Assembly: GCA_964500205.1 (NCBI GenBank)
Contig: CAZCNS010000012.1
Location: forward strand, 5,626 to 69,625
Length of the DNA: 64,000 nucleotides
Origin: an uncultured Chryseobacterium sp.
GTDB taxonomy: Bacteria; Bacteroidota; Bacteroidia; UBA10329
Direction: 5' to 3'
Each line of letters begins with the position of its first letter. Within the stretch, counting starts at the first letter, position 1. Below are positions 10,222 through 19,867 of the stretch, one piece after another. The translations under genes and the position numbers were made by a program. A model generated the notes under the pieces. That model was not told the DNA's origin and searched no databases. It was given only the letters and a program-made list of their open reading frames with translations.

Positions 10222-10302
10222 TAGAATCATTGATGTGAAAATTCTTCGGAATCCCTTCCGAGTAATGCATTCGCATATTCGTAGTTCGTATCAGCCATTT
10301 CC

Positions 10303-11598
10303 ATGAAAAGAAGAAACTTCCTCCGAAAAACAGCCACCGCCACTGCTGGCGCATTGACCCTGCCTTACATCCTGCCTAGCGGTCGGCTGTTCGCGGCCAC
10401 GGGCAGCAGGGTGGTGGACCACGTGGTGTTCTGCCTCTTCGCGGGCGGGGTGCGCAACTTGGAATCCGTCCACAAGGCTGATGGCAACCTGATGCGCAAC
10501 ACCTTCACGGGCAGCGAGAGCGTCAGCAGCGACATTGCAGGTGCGGTGCCGAACATGCCGATCATAGGGTCGCAGCGATTGCAGCAGCAGGGCACGCTGT
10601 TTAGTGAGTTCCGCTTTGCGCAAGGGCCAACGGGACATTTCAACGGCCACAACACGGCCATTACTGGCGTATACAGCCAGCAGGATATCAATATCCGCAT
10701 GAGGCCGCAGACGCCCACGGTGTTCGAGATGTACCGTAAGCATACCGAGCCGAGCAAGAGCGCGCTCAACGCATGGTGGGTGAGCAATGCGCTGGGTCCT
10801 TATCCTGCGCTCAACTTCAGTTCGCATCCGAGCTACGGGGCGGCTTACGGGGCCAACTTCATCCAGCCTACAAGCATCATCAGCCAGTCGAGCTATGATG
10901 TGCTGGGCAACCCTAAGGCGTTTAATGAGGTGCAGCGCGAAAAGGTGGGCGGAATGCGTGGCTTTTTCGATGACAACTTCAGTGGCACAGTGAACCTCGG
11001 TGATGCGGGCGTGACCAACCCCACAACCGATGCCGCACAGATAGACGATTTCCTGCAGACCACTTTCTCGGAGGCCGCTGCAGGGCAGTACAACAACCCT
11101 TGGGGCACTGGTTTCATGACTGGCGACATGTTCAATGTGTTCGCTGCGGAGAAGATCATTGAACGGTTCAAACCGGAACTGCTGGTGGTGAACATGCAGG
11201 ATGTGGACATCTGCCATAGCAATTTCACGCAGTATGCCGCAGGTCTCCGCGCTGCGGATTACGCACTGGCGCATCTCTGGCAAACTATACAGAGCATGCC
11301 CGGCATGGCGAACAACACCATCCTCATAGCGGCACCCGAACATGGTCGGAACCAAGAACCGAACACTGTGATTGATGCCTTCGGACGCTATGCAATCGAC
11401 CACACTAGCGATGCTATGTCGCGGGAGATATTCTGTCTTGTTGTCGGTCCAGCAGGAAAGGTGGTGCAGAACCAGACCATCACGCAGCAGGTGGGGCAAA
11501 GCATTGACATCGTGCCGACCATTGCGCACATCCTTGGATTCCATGGCGATGTAGCGGCCATGTTGCCCGGGCAGGTTTTGAATCAGGCGTTGGCGTAG
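10303..11598 (+). CDS. Tat-exported DUF1501-like (sulfatase/alkaline-phosphatase fold) protein
   Basis: Twin-arginine leader MKRRNFLRKTATATAGAL. FAGGVRNLES near the N-terminus and APEHGRNQEPN...IDHT near the C-terminus resemble DUF1501 metal-site motifs. Confidence 0.65.
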   Translation: MKRRNFLRKTATATAGALTLPYILPSGRLFAATGSRVVDHVVFCLFAGGVRNLESVHKADGNLMRNTFTGSESVSSDIAGAVPNMPIIGSQRLQQQGTLFSEFRFAQGPTGHFNGHNTAITGVYSQQDINIRMRPQTPTVFEMYRKHTEPSKSALNAWWVSNALGPYPALNFSSHPSYGAAYGANFIQPTSIISQSSYDVLGNPKAFNEVQREKVGGMRGFFDDNFSGTVNLGDAGVTNPTTDAAQIDDFLQTTFSEAAAGQYNNPWGTGFMTGDMFNVFAAEKIIERFKPELLVVNMQDVDICHSNFTQYAAGLRAADYALAHLWQTIQSMPGMANNTILIAAPEHGRNQEPNTVIDAFGRYAIDHTSDAMSREIFCLVVGPAGKVVQNQTITQQVGQSIDIVPTIAHILGFHGDVAAMLPGQVLNQALA

Positions 11599-11662
11599 TA
11601 GTCAGCTCATCAGGTAGCATCATATCTGGCATCCGTTTTTGATTGTTCATATCCCACTGACC

Positions 11663-12616
11663 ATGAAACGATTCTCCATTTTCCTATTTATTTCTGCGCT
11701 GCTGGCAGTGGCTTTCCACGCCTGCAACTCGGACTTCGAGATGCCGCCCAACCCCTATGACCAAGTGGATTACGTGACACCGCCACCACCCGTGGACACG
11801 TTGAACCCAATCACCCTTGCAGTCATCCATCGCGACATACTGCAACCCAAGTGCGCAGTGCCGGGCTGCCATGACGGCCATTTCGAGCCTGACTTCCGCA
11901 CCATTCAGAGCAGCTTTTCCACGAATGTCTATGCTAGGGTGAAGAAGAACAATGCCGACAGCACCTTCACCTTCCGAGTGGTGCCATTCGATAAGAACAT
12001 GTCGGTGCTGCATGAGCGCATCACCAATTGCTGCTTCGTGAACCAGAACGACCGCATGCCGCAGGATAACATCGGCACCGGACTGCCCGAGGCCGACATC
12101 CAGCGCATTGCCGATTGGATCCAGGACGGGGCGCGGGACATGATGGGCAATGTGGGCACCTTTCCCAATCAAGCTCCGAACATTCAGTTCTATTTGGCCA
12201 TCAATGAGATAAGTCTCAATTTCCAGATTCTGTCGGGCGAGGAGAACCGCATTGACGGGGTGTTCTACAACCCTTTCATCATGCCTGCCGATACTCCTTT
12301 TGTGATGGCGTTGATAGTGGAGGACGATAGCACAGCCACCAATCAGCTGCAATTCAACAAACTGAGAATGAGCTATGACCCAGATGACTTCAGCCCTTCT
12401 GCACCCGGCTATCGCGAATACACCGCCACGTATTTCAACAACCCGTTCAGTGAGGATGAGTTCTGGACAGCTAACGTGAACACGGGCCATTTTCTGCCTG
12501 GGAGCGTGGTCTATATGCGCTACTACGTGAGCGATGGAGAGCAAATGACCGAGATGCCGAGAAACGACCTCGCGATTTTCTACAAGACGTTCTGGGCTTT
12601 CTATATCGAGGAGTGA
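11663..12616 (+). CDS. Lipoprotein with an N-terminal PSCyt1-like (Planctomycete cytochrome c-like) domain and a C-terminal beta-rich domain
   Basis: ATG 11663 gives MKRFSIFLFISALLAVAFHAC (lipobox). ILQPKCAVPGCHDGH...VVPFDKNMSVLHERI...NDRMPQDN...LPEADIQRIADWIQDGA parallels the PSCyt1 pattern. Confidence 0.5.
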   Translation: MKRFSIFLFISALLAVAFHACNSDFEMPPNPYDQVDYVTPPPPVDTLNPITLAVIHRDILQPKCAVPGCHDGHFEPDFRTIQSSFSTNVYARVKKNNADSTFTFRVVPFDKNMSVLHERITNCCFVNQNDRMPQDNIGTGLPEADIQRIADWIQDGARDMMGNVGTFPNQAPNIQFYLAINEISLNFQILSGEENRIDGVFYNPFIMPADTPFVMALIVEDDSTATNQLQFNKLRMSYDPDDFSPSAPGYREYTATYFNNPFSEDEFWTANVNTGHFLPGSVVYMRYYVSDGEQMTEMPRNDLAIFYKTFWAFYIEE

Positions 12617-12750
12617 TAAACTGCGATAATCGAATATTTATCAATGAATTACGACTACGGGAATATGGTGGTTTAAGACGAGTATAATGTCTCCGTATCG
12701 CAGTTGCTGACACCAACCATTTTCGATTTTCTAAGAAAACGTTTGACCAA

Positions 12751-13188
12751 ATGAAAAGAACTTTCCTCTGCCTCCTTCCGATGCTGACACTGATAGTGGG
12801 CTGCGCCAAGGACGAGCCAATCAGCCCTGTGCCGGAGATATCGTTTGTCAGTGCCAATCCTCAAACGGTCGCGGCCTACTCCACACCGTTGGTTGTTACT
12901 ATCAGCTATCTTGATGGAGATGGCGACCTTGGGCAGAACAACACGGATGCAAACAACCTCTTCATGGCCGATTCACGCAATGGGGTGGTCTATAGTTTTC
13001 GTGTCCGCCAGCTGGCACCCGATGATGCGGATATTGCCATCACGGGCAATCTGAATGTGGAGGTGCCGAGCGTTCCCATCGTTGGCAGCGGTGATAGTGA
13101 GACATTCAGCTACACGATCCACGTGGTTGACAGGGCAGGCAACGAGAGCAACCGCGTGGTTACTGCTCCGATCACAGTCAACGGGTGA
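12751..13188 (+). CDS. Small lipoprotein, beta-sandwich-like, function unknown
   Basis: Lipobox LTLIVGC. Contains a D-G-D-G-D-L-G motif. Last gene of the same-strand cluster. Confidence 0.45.
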   Translation: MKRTFLCLLPMLTLIVGCAKDEPISPVPEISFVSANPQTVAAYSTPLVVTISYLDGDGDLGQNNTDANNLFMADSRNGVVYSFRVRQLAPDDADIAITGNLNVEVPSVPIVGSGDSETFSYTIHVVDRAGNESNRVVTAPITVNG

Positions 13189-13202
13189 CCGGTGTTGTTA
13201 CT

Positions 13203-14426
13203 TCAGAGGTTGAAACGCTTTTCTGCCATATTCCTTATCTCCTCTCCTATGGCAAGGCTTGCAGTGGCAGCTGGACTGGGAGCGTTGAGCACATGAAGGG
13301 CATTGCCTCGATGCTCGATTCGGAAGTCGTCTATCGTGTCACCGTCAGGCCCAAGTGCCATGGCACGCACACCTGCTCTACCGGGAACGAGGTCGTCCAT
13401 GGTCAGTGAGGGCACAAGCCGTTGCAGTGTGCCGAGAAAAAGCCGTTTGCTGAAAGCTCTCCGGTACTCATTCACCCCGAATCGCCAGTGCTTGCGGAGA
13501 AGATTCCAAGTGCCTTTGAAGGCAAGTGCCTCTGATGTATCGCGGAGGCTGAAGTCGGTCTTGCCGTAGCCTTCGCGCTTAAAGGTGAATACCGCGTTGG
13601 GGCCGCATTCCACGCTGCCGTCTGTCATACGGGTAAAGTGCACACCGAGAAAAGGAAACTCAGGATTGGGCACCGGGTAGATGAGATTGCGCACCAGATG
13701 CTTGGCATGTTCTGCCAGTTCATAGTAGTCACCACGGAAGCCCACGATGCGCATCTCCGGATTAAGGCCGTCACGGAGGGCCATCCGGTCCGATTGGAGG
13801 CCAGCACAGAAAACGGTGAAGCGGGCAAGGTGCGTTCCACGGTCAGTGTGTACAAGTCGCTTGCCGCCCTCATCTGTGCATTTTATCACCTGCTCGTTAA
13901 AGCGTACCTCACTTTCGGGATTGATGCCCTTCATCACTTCGAGCATCTTTGCCGTGGCCCCAACGAAGTCGATGATGCCTGTGTAAGGCACCCAGATGCC
14001 TTTGATACCGACACAATGCGGCTCTATCTCATGGATGCGTTCAGGGCCGATGTACTCTATGCCGCTGAGGCCATTGGCCTTGCCGTTATTGAACACCTTT
14101 TCCATTTGAGGCAACTCGCTTTGGTCAGTGGCTACGATGACCTTACCGCATACATCGTGTTTCACCCCATGTTCCCTCGCGAATTCGATGAGCATATCCT
14201 TGCCCTGAACGCAATTGCGGGCCTTGTAGGAGCCGGGCTTGTAATAGATGCCAGAGTGGATCACTCCGCTGTTGTGCCCCGTCTGATGCGGTGCGGGTCG
14301 GTCTTCTTTCTCGATGAGAAGAACACGAAGCTGCGGGTGCGCCTTCTGAAGGCGATAGGCCGTGGCCGCACCCACAATACCTCCTCCTATGACGCAGATG
14401 TCAAAAATATTCGTCCTGTCAGCCAC
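13203..14426 (-). CDS. lhgO: L-2-hydroxyglutarate oxidase (FAD-dependent)
   Basis: DICVIGGGIVGAATAY FAD motif, HQTGHNSGVIHSGIYYKPGS, and LHVLNAPSPAATASL at the C-terminus. Confidence 0.85.
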   Translation of the reverse strand: MADRTNIFDICVIGGGIVGAATAYRLQKAHPQLRVLLIEKEDRPAPHQTGHNSGVIHSGIYYKPGSYKARNCVQGKDMLIEFAREHGVKHDVCGKVIVATDQSELPQMEKVFNNGKANGLSGIEYIGPERIHEIEPHCVGIKGIWVPYTGIIDFVGATAKMLEVMKGINPESEVRFNEQVIKCTDEGGKRLVHTDRGTHLARFTVFCAGLQSDRMALRDGLNPEMRIVGFRGDYYELAEHAKHLVRNLIYPVPNPEFPFLGVHFTRMTDGSVECGPNAVFTFKREGYGKTDFSLRDTSEALAFKGTWNLLRKHWRFGVNEYRRAFSKRLFLGTLQRLVPSLTMDDLVPGRAGVRAMALGPDGDTIDDFRIEHRGNALHVLNAPSPAATASLAIGEEIRNMAEKRFNL

Positions 14427-14436
14427 GAGCGCGAAG

Positions 14437-15600
14437 TTAACCGAACAGCGCGTGGAAAAGGTTGGCCAGGCCGATACCCAGGTAGTTGGCTATCGCGTAG
14501 CCGACCAGTCCGGTGGTCAGGCCACTGACCACGATGTCGCGGTTCTTGAGCACGCTGGCCACAGGGCCAATGAATGCTGGGCCGAAGATGCCCGCCACTG
14601 AAGTGATCAACGTGGTGTCGGCATCCATCTTGAACATCCATGAAAAGAGGAAATGGAGGGATATGGTCCCTACGAAAACACAGGTCACATAGTAGAACAT
14701 AAGCGGACTGCTTTGCAATAGGTCGTTCATATTGGACATGGATCCAATGCCCAGACAGAAGATCAGCAGGAAGTACTCTCCGAACTCGTAGGTGCGCGGC
14801 AGGAAACGGATCTTTCGGACGAATGACGCCCCAAGGCTAAGCGTGGTCACTCCAAGAATGACGTTGGGTGCAGTGATGGCACCATCGGCCACCAACATGG
14901 AAAAGCCGACACTCGCTCCGAGAATACCAAGTGCCAGCAGCAGGGCCAGACCAAGGTAGCGCGCCACTACCATTTTAGGCAGCATCCGCTGATAGCGCTG
15001 ATAATGGAAGGTCTCGTCACGGTCGGTCTCCTCCACGCGAACAAATGAAGGCAGGAATTTCAGAGCGATGCGCTGCGCAATGGTGAGCAGGAGCAGCAGG
15101 TAGGCACTGCTGAGCACAAGGTCGCAGGCGTTCATGATGATGAAGGTCTCGTGGCCCGCGCCCAATGCCGTACCGATGGCCGATAGGTTGGGTGTGCCGC
15201 CAGTATAAACACCTACCACCATTCCTGAGAGCTTCCAGAATTCCAGACGGTCGCCATAGACGTTCTGAAAAAGCAGCGTCACCGTGAAAGAGGTGATGAT
15301 CACAGCAAGCACCGCAAGCCCGAAGGACATGGCTGCTTTTTTGGCGTACCTGATCCAGCTCACAAACCTCGTGGAGAGCAGCATGAGCGAAATGGCGATA
15401 GGCACGGCTGCGGAGCCTACTTCTTCGCTCACCTTCACATCGACCGGAGAGTTGGGCAGATTGCCAAGCACCAGACCGAGTGCGTAACAGAGAATCACAG
15501 GGCCGACCATTCCTGCCATGCGGTTGCGCTTCACCAGTTCCACCACCAGCGCAGGGAAGATGATCATCACAATGAGCTGCACAATGGCTGTTCCCGACAT
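14437..15600 (-). CDS. DUF819-family polytopic membrane protein
   Basis: About 10-12 TM helices. N-terminal IFPALVVELVKRN...GPVILCYALGLVLGNL is typical of DUF819/YjcL. Confidence 0.65.
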   Translation of the reverse strand: MSGTAIVQLIVMIIFPALVVELVKRNRMAGMVGPVILCYALGLVLGNLPNSPVDVKVSEEVGSAAVPIAISLMLLSTRFVSWIRYAKKAAMSFGLAVLAVIITSFTVTLLFQNVYGDRLEFWKLSGMVVGVYTGGTPNLSAIGTALGAGHETFIIMNACDLVLSSAYLLLLLTIAQRIALKFLPSFVRVEETDRDETFHYQRYQRMLPKMVVARYLGLALLLALGILGASVGFSMLVADGAITAPNVILGVTTLSLGASFVRKIRFLPRTYEFGEYFLLIFCLGIGSMSNMNDLLQSSPLMFYYVTCVFVGTISLHFLFSWMFKMDADTTLITSVAGIFGPAFIGPVASVLKNRDIVVSGLTTGLVGYAIANYLGIGLANLFHALFG

Positions 15601-15679
15601 GACAACTTTCGTAGGCCGCTAAAGTACTGCCGCTATCTTATCGAGCTATTTGACTTACTTGGCGCATTATTCTGGATTC

Positions 15680-16993
15680 ATGGCACTTCAACGTAACATC
15701 GGACTGCTGGGAGGGGTCGCTATTGTGGTGGGAAGTGTGATAGGCATGGGAGCCTTCGTGTTGCTGCCGATTGTCTGTTCGCTTGCTGGCACTGCGGCTT
15801 GGTTGGCCATCGTGCTGGCAGTCTCAGTCAGCGTGGTGAGCATGATTCCACTGATACAGCTTGGCATGGCCCTGCCAGTGGCGGGTGGGGGGTATGAGTA
15901 TGGCCGCAGACTGCTTTCGCAAGGGTGGGGCGTGATGCTCAGCTGGTGGGGCATTCTTGGTGGCACGGGCGCACTTGCACTTGTGTCTTACGGCCTTGTG
16001 GAAAGCTTCTCCGCATTCATTCCTGATGGTGTTTCTCTCCATCTGGCTGCATTGCTGGTAGTTCTGGGCTTTTTCTTTTTGCAGCGCATCGGACTGCGCA
16101 TGCTTGCTGCCGTGCAGGTGGCTCTTGTGCTTCAGATGTTTGCGGCTCTGCTCATTTATGCCTTGGGAGGACTGACCGCTGCCGGTCACGGCTTTGAGCC
16201 CTCTTTGCCTATTGATGCTTCCTTCGGACTTGCATTGGCGGTGGCTTTCAATGTCTGTCTGGGCTTTCAGGTGGTGGTGGAGCTGGGCGAGGAGATGCGC
16301 TCGCCTGAGAGGAATATGCTCCGAACATTGCTCATCTCAGCATTGGCCGTGGTACTGATGTATCTGCTGCTGGTGGCGGCCTACACGCATCTTGTGGGGG
16401 CAGACCGGCTTTCGGTCAGGCCAGATATCGCAGTGACCGCTGCATCGTTCCTGCCTCCGTCTTTGGTGGCCTTCATGCGCTTCGGCATTATCGGGGCTGC
16501 GCTTACCTCTTTCAACGGAACAGCCATTGCAATACCACGCGAGATCTTCGCGCAGGGCAGGGGCGGGGCACTACCTTCGTTTCTGGCCAAGGTGGACGTG
16601 AGTGGCAATCCGCGTAATGCGGTCTCGCTCTACTTCGCGCTGGTGATAGCCTTGTTGGCCCTCGGTGCGGCACTTGATGCGGTCGGAGTTTTGACCGCTG
16701 TCTTTGGCAGTGATGTGATCGAGTTCTACGGGTTCATTACCGTCAGCGGCATACTGATGCTCACCATTGGACTCAGTATCGCTGCGTGGCGGCTGCCGAA
16801 GCGCATGACAGAATTGTACCGGAATGCCTCCATCCTTTTCAACCCGGGGTTGCTCCGATCGGCCATCGTGTTCTCATCTGTCTTCAATGTTGGGCTTGTC
16901 CTCGTGATGTTCTCCAAGTGGCCTGTTCCCCTGTTCATGCTGTTGGCCAGTGCAGTGGTGTACCTTAGGGTCATTCGCGTAGCGGGGAAATGA
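15680..16993 (+). CDS. APC-superfamily amino-acid/polyamine permease
   Basis: ATG 15680 (MALQRNIGLLGGVAIVVGSVIGMGAF, the classic APC N-terminal motif). About 12 TM helices. Confidence 0.75.
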   Translation: MALQRNIGLLGGVAIVVGSVIGMGAFVLLPIVCSLAGTAAWLAIVLAVSVSVVSMIPLIQLGMALPVAGGGYEYGRRLLSQGWGVMLSWWGILGGTGALALVSYGLVESFSAFIPDGVSLHLAALLVVLGFFFLQRIGLRMLAAVQVALVLQMFAALLIYALGGLTAAGHGFEPSLPIDASFGLALAVAFNVCLGFQVVVELGEEMRSPERNMLRTLLISALAVVLMYLLLVAAYTHLVGADRLSVRPDIAVTAASFLPPSLVAFMRFGIIGAALTSFNGTAIAIPREIFAQGRGGALPSFLAKVDVSGNPRNAVSLYFALVIALLALGAALDAVGVLTAVFGSDVIEFYGFITVSGILMLTIGLSIAAWRLPKRMTELYRNASILFNPGLLRSAIVFSSVFNVGLVLVMFSKWPVPLFMLLASAVVYLRVIRVAGK

Positions 16994-16997
16994 AAAA

Positions 16998-17026
16998 AGC
17001 CCACTGTGAACGGATCACAGCGGGCT
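16998..17026. terminator. Bidirectional terminator hairpin between convergent genes
   Basis: AGCCCACTGTGA-acgga-TCACAGCGGGCT with one mismatch. It is preceded by AAAAAA and followed by TTTCC. Confidence 0.6.
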
Positions 17027-17048
17027 TTCCTCTCAATAACGGTGGCGA

Positions 17049-18128
17049 TCAACGCACAACCTCCATGCGCTTGGCAATGCGGCTGTTGTCAGCAGTGATG
17101 GCGTAGATGTAAGAACCTGAGGAAAGCATTCCGGCAGGGACGTTCACAGTGTGCACACCCGCGATGCGGCTGCCTTCCTCAAAACGCTGAACCAGACGAC
17201 CGTTCATGTCGAAGATGGTCACCTCAACAGCCTTGGCGTTGTTCTCAAGCGTGTAGTCGATGCGCACATTGTCGCTGGTGAGGGCAGGATTAGGGTAGGT
17301 GTTGAGTTTCACACCGTTGATGAAACCGGCCTCTTCGATGCCTACGCTCTCCTCTACGATAGCGAAGATGGCGATCTGTACAGAGATGTCGAACACATTG
17401 AGGTTCACCCAGAAGTTCTGAGCAGGAAGGGGAAGATTCTGAGGAGCTGCATTCAAACGAAGCCAACCGTACTCAGGACTATTGTTCGGGCTTGGCTCAT
17501 TCACGAAAAGGGCAACAGTATCGACAGTACCAGTGTAAAGAGGTCCGAGGTCTACCGCAATGGCAAAATCGGTCGGGCTGAACACAGGCTGATCGAGCAG
17601 GATGATAGTGGATAGGATAGCCGCATCATCAACTTGAATGTCACTGAAAGGGAAAGCCTGTGTGCGAAGTGCAGTTACCGGACCCTCTGCGTCTGCAGCT
17701 TCAGACTGCGCAGAACCCAACGCGGCATTCTCGCCCAAACTATAAACTTTCAGGTTCAGGTTGCGGTCTTCGCCTGAGGGATTGGATTTCTCCCCAACGA
17801 GCATCAGGGCACCTTTGACGCTATAACCGCTGTTAACGAGGAAACCGGCAGCCACCTCAAATGTGCTTTGCTTGACCTCCAACGGTCCAAGAGGGCTATC
17901 AACGGTCTCAGTCAAGGATGAGGTACCGAAGATGTAGCCACTTCCTCCGATGTCAGTATAAAGTACCGCCTGCTCTCCGAACTCAAGCAGTCCGAGTGTG
18001 TCAGATTCGTTCGCAACTGAGTGCATGGGCAGCTGCTTCACGACCTGCATGTTCTGATAGGTCTGAACCTGTGCTTTGGCACCAAGTCCAGCGATGAGCA
18101 TGGCACCTACGAGGTAAACTTTTTTCAT
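17049..18128 (-). CDS. Secreted protein with a T9SS C-terminal sorting domain
   Basis: Signal peptide MKKVYLVGAMLIAGLGAKAQ. The C-terminal ~80 aa (LNTYPNPALTSDNVRIDYTL...GSYIYAITADN...) fits a type-A Por secretion tail. Confidence 0.7.
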   Translation of the reverse strand: MKKVYLVGAMLIAGLGAKAQVQTYQNMQVVKQLPMHSVANESDTLGLLEFGEQAVLYTDIGGSGYIFGTSSLTETVDSPLGPLEVKQSTFEVAAGFLVNSGYSVKGALMLVGEKSNPSGEDRNLNLKVYSLGENAALGSAQSEAADAEGPVTALRTQAFPFSDIQVDDAAILSTIILLDQPVFSPTDFAIAVDLGPLYTGTVDTVALFVNEPSPNNSPEYGWLRLNAAPQNLPLPAQNFWVNLNVFDISVQIAIFAIVEESVGIEEAGFINGVKLNTYPNPALTSDNVRIDYTLENNAKAVEVTIFDMNGRLVQRFEEGSRIAGVHTVNVPAGMLSSGSYIYAITADNSRIAKRMEVVR

Positions 18129-18203
18129 TTGAAGATGATTTTATGGGTGTGAAAATGATGGGGTGAAAATAGAAACTCTTGTGAAAGAGAGGTTAAGCGA
18201 AAA

Positions 18204-19193
18204 TCATCTGTGAATTTCTTTCCAGATGATGTCCTTCAGTTCTTGAATACCGCTCTGCGCCTGCGCGCTGATGAACACCACAGGGATGTCGAGGTCGATG
18301 GTGGCCTTCAGTTCTTGCATGAGTTCTTCATCGAGCATGTCGCACTTGCTCACAGCGAGGATACGCCCCTTGTCCAGCAGCTCAGGGTTGAACTGCTCCA
18401 GTTCGTTCAGCAGGATGCGGTATTGACCTACCACGTCATCGGCATCGGCAGGAACCATGAAGAGCAGTACTGAGTTTCTCTCTATGTGACGTAGGAACCG
18501 CAATCCGAGCCCTTTGCCCTCGTGGGCCCCTTCGATGATGCCCGGTATGTCGGCCATCACGAACGAGCGGTGGTCGCGGTAGGCCACTATGCCGAGGTTG
18601 GGTACCAACGTGGTGAAGGGATAGTCAGCTATCTCAGGCTTCGCAGCGGATAGTACAGAGAGCAGAGTTGATTTGCCAGCATTGGGAAATCCCACAAGAC
18701 CCACATCGGCCAGTAGCTTCAGTTCGAGGGTTACCCAGAGTTCGATGCCCTCTTCGCCCGGCTGCGCAAAACGCGGGGTCTGGAAGGTGGAAGACTTGAA
18801 ATGGTCATTACCCAGCCCCCCTCTTCCTCCGGGAATGATGATGCGTTCCTCTCCGTCCTCGGTTATCTCGCAGAGCACTTCGCCCGTGTCGCGGTCGCGG
18901 GCCACGGTGCCGAGAGGCACATCCAGCACCTCGTCCTTGCCTCGTGCCCCGGTACTGGTGCTCTTGCCACCGCTCTCCCCATGCTCGGCCATGATATGCT
19001 TGCGGTAGCGCAGGTGCAGCAGCGTCCACATCTGAGTGTTCCCACGCAGGATGACATGCCCTCCCCGGCCACCGTCACCCCCGTCAGGCCCTCCCTTGGA
19101 GGTGATCTTCGACCGCTCCAAGTGGGCAGACCCCGGCCCTCCATTGCCGCTGCGGCAACGGATGTAAACGTGGTCTATGAAGTTGGATTTCAT
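18204..19193 (-). CDS. obg: GTPase Obg/CgtA
   Basis: Glycine-rich Obg fold ([10 protein letters not shown]), G1 [12 protein letters not shown]3 DIPGIIEGA. Confidence 0.95.
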   Translation of the reverse strand: MKSNFIDHVYIRCRSGNGGPGSAHLERSKITSKGGPDGGDGGRGGHVILRGNTQMWTLLHLRYRKHIMAEHGESGGKSTSTGARGKDEVLDVPLGTVARDRDTGEVLCEITEDGEERIIIPGGRGGLGNDHFKSSTFQTPRFAQPGEEGIELWVTLELKLLADVGLVGFPNAGKSTLLSVLSAAKPEIADYPFTTLVPNLGIVAYRDHRSFVMADIPGIIEGAHEGKGLGLRFLRHIERNSVLLFMVPADADDVVGQYRILLNELEQFNPELLDKGRILAVSKCDMLDEELMQELKATIDLDIPVVFISAQAQSGIQELKDIIWKEIHR

Positions 19194-19270
19194 GGGGGAA
19201 TGGGTTTCAGGTTTCAGGTCTAAGGTATAAGGTCGGGTGACATTCGTTCCCTTTACCTGGCTCCCGGCAC

Positions 19271-19843
19271 CTATCCCTTGTCTATTGCCTCGCAGATTCG
19301 TGCGAAGATGGTGTCGATGGCACCTATGCCATCCACAAGGCGGAGTTTTCCCTGCTGTTCGTAGAAATCGGCCACGGGAGCGGTCTGTTCCTTATACACA
19401 GCGATGCGGTTGGCGATGACCTCCGGATCGGCATCATCGGCACGGCCACTGGTCTCGGCACGTCCTTTTAGGCGCGACTTCAACTCATCATCTGCCACAT
19501 TAAGGGCTACCATCATGCTGATGGACATGCCTTTTTGCTTCAGAAGCGCATCCAATGCTTCGGCCTGCACCGATGTGCGTGGGAAACCATCGAAAATGAA
19601 GCCCTTGGCGCCAGGAGTCTTGTCCACCTCAGCCGCCAACATGTCGATGGTCACGGCATCTGGAACCAGTTCGCCCTTATCCATGTAGCTTTTGGCGAGA
19701 TTTCCCAGCTCAGTGCCGTTCTTGATATTGAAGCGGAAAACATCACCGGTCGAGATGTGCTTCAGCCCGTAATGGGTGATCAGCTTCTCTGCCTGGGTTC
19801 CTTTGCCTGCGCCCGGAGGGCCGAAGAGTACGATGTTCAGCAT
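19271..19843 (-). CDS. adk: Adenylate kinase
   Basis: P-loop [25 protein letters not shown]. Confidence 0.95.
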   Translation of the reverse strand: MLNIVLFGPPGAGKGTQAEKLITHYGLKHISTGDVFRFNIKNGTELGNLAKSYMDKGELVPDAVTIDMLAAEVDKTPGAKGFIFDGFPRTSVQAEALDALLKQKGMSISMMVALNVADDELKSRLKGRAETSGRADDADPEVIANRIAVYKEQTAPVADFYEQQGKLRLVDGIGAIDTIFARICEAIDKG

Positions 19844-19867
19844 TTGGTGAATTTTGAACGTTAAAAC

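Noticed and set aside
10291-11544. 417-aa ORF antisense to the DUF1501-like gene
   Set aside because: It has an R/H/A/L-rich composition and no motifs. It fully overlaps a + strand gene that has a Tat signal and family motifs. This is a typical GC-rich shadow ORF. The same reasoning applies to 11684..12544(-), 13638..14528(+), 22873..23724(-) and 54008..55006(-).
19203-19237. Five tandem heptamers GGTTTCA GGTTTCA GGTCTAA GGTATAA GGTCGGG between adk and obg
   Set aside because: The repeat is very short and degenerate, and it could arise by chance or slippage. There is no dyad symmetry or second copy. It is noted only as a possible obg leader element.
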